Virus record (IMG/VR): IMGVR_UViG_3300046786_000150
Span: 1 to 36,899 of that record
DNA: 36,899 nt
Reading direction: 5' to 3' (one strand)
From: a virus
Lineage: Duplodnaviria > Caudoviricetes
This document shows, in pieces, positions 36,281-36,899 of the stretch; within the stretch, counting starts at the first letter, position 1, and every line of letters begins with the position of its first letter. The notes below the pieces were generated by a model that made no database searches, was not told the DNA's origin, and saw only the letters and a list, made by a program, of their open reading frames with translations. A program made the translations under genes and the position numbers.

Positions 36281-36358
36281 AATATCTACGTTAGTCATTC
36301 ATAGGGAGTGGCGAATATTTAAAAGAGACCATCTCAATTTTTATAAGGAAAATATATT

Positions 36359-36899
36359 ATGGCAAGTCTAAGCGAAATCCGCGCTCGTATCGCAGCGCAA
36401 GAAAATAAATCCCAAGCAAAGAATTCTGCACCACAAGGTGACAATGCTACCTATCCGCATTGGAATATGGACGAAGGCACAACAGCTACTATTCGTTTCC
36501 TTCCTGATGCGGACTCTAAGAACACCTTCTTCTGGGTTGAGCGTCAAATTATTAAACTCCCATTCAACGGAGTCAAAGGTGATCCAAACGTCAAGCAAGT
36601 TGTCGTTCAAGTCCCTTGTGTAGAAATGTACAACGATGGTTCAACTTGCCCAATCTTGGCAGAAGTTCGTCCATGGTACAAAGACGAAACACTAAAAGAA
36701 TTAGCAAACAAATATTGGAAGAAGCGTTCATATTTGTTTCAAGGTTTTGTTCGTCAAAACCCAATTGGCGATGACAAACAACCTGCAAATCCAATTCGTA
36801 GATTTGTTATCAGCCCACAAATCTTCACTATCATCAAGTCTAGCTTGATGGACCCTGAAATGGAAGAATTGCCAACTGACTACTTGCGTGGTCTTGACT
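36359..36899 (+). CDS. Single-stranded DNA-binding protein (T4 gp32-like), truncated by the window end
   Basis: SD AAGGA; own translation MASLSEIRARIAAQE...ATIRFLPD...FFWVE...VPCVEMY...CPIL...YWKKRSY...; open to the window end and absent from the ORF track. Confidence 0.88.
   Translation, partial: MASLSEIRARIAAQENKSQAKNSAPQGDNATYPHWNMDEGTTATIRFLPDADSKNTFFWVERQIIKLPFNGVKGDPNVKQVVVQVPCVEMYNDGSTCPILAEVRPWYKDETLKELANKYWKKRSYLFQGFVRQNPIGDDKQPANPIRRFVISPQIFTIIKSSLMDPEMEELPTDYLRGLD

Noticed and set aside
36290-36358. T4 gene 32-type autoregulatory pseudoknot in the SSB leader
   Set aside because: Two weak hairpins and an AT-rich tract are visible, but I could not find a second stem to form a pseudoknot.
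1-36899. Genome-wide TAG reassignment (code 15)
   Set aside because: Long early and late genes are intact under code 11 and coding density is already high; only one in-frame TAG was found.

Overview
This is a 36.9-kb segment of a large, AT-rich, T4-superfamily-like phage genome. It carries a gp17-type terminase, a gp32-type SSB, dfr/thyA, spanins, tail fibres and T4-late-like NTAAATA promoters. The OmpA, porin and tmRNA tag sequences suggest a betaproteobacterial host (inference). Order along the window: (i) host-modifying genes (OmpA, porin, circularly permuted tmRNA, AhpC/AhpD/TerC, a tRNA); (ii) a minus-strand deoxy/branched-sugar and glycosyltransferase cluster beside tail-fibre genes; (iii) a block with four copies of a sigma70 promoter, including a MoxR AAA+/VWA pair; (iv) nucleotide metabolism and lysis genes; (v) late/virion genes, terminase, a GIY-YIG endonuclease and the SSB. 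Most striking observations: a CUA-anticodon (amber suppressor) tRNA directly followed by a gene whose third codon is TAG; an in-frame cassette array delimited by conserved 17-nt 'QGVAEG' DNA repeats in a 717-aa putative head protein; a two-piece tmRNA gene; apparently leaderless late mRNAs; and a eukaryote-like ubiquitin signature in a late gene. All calls are from reading the sequence by eye; no database search was run.
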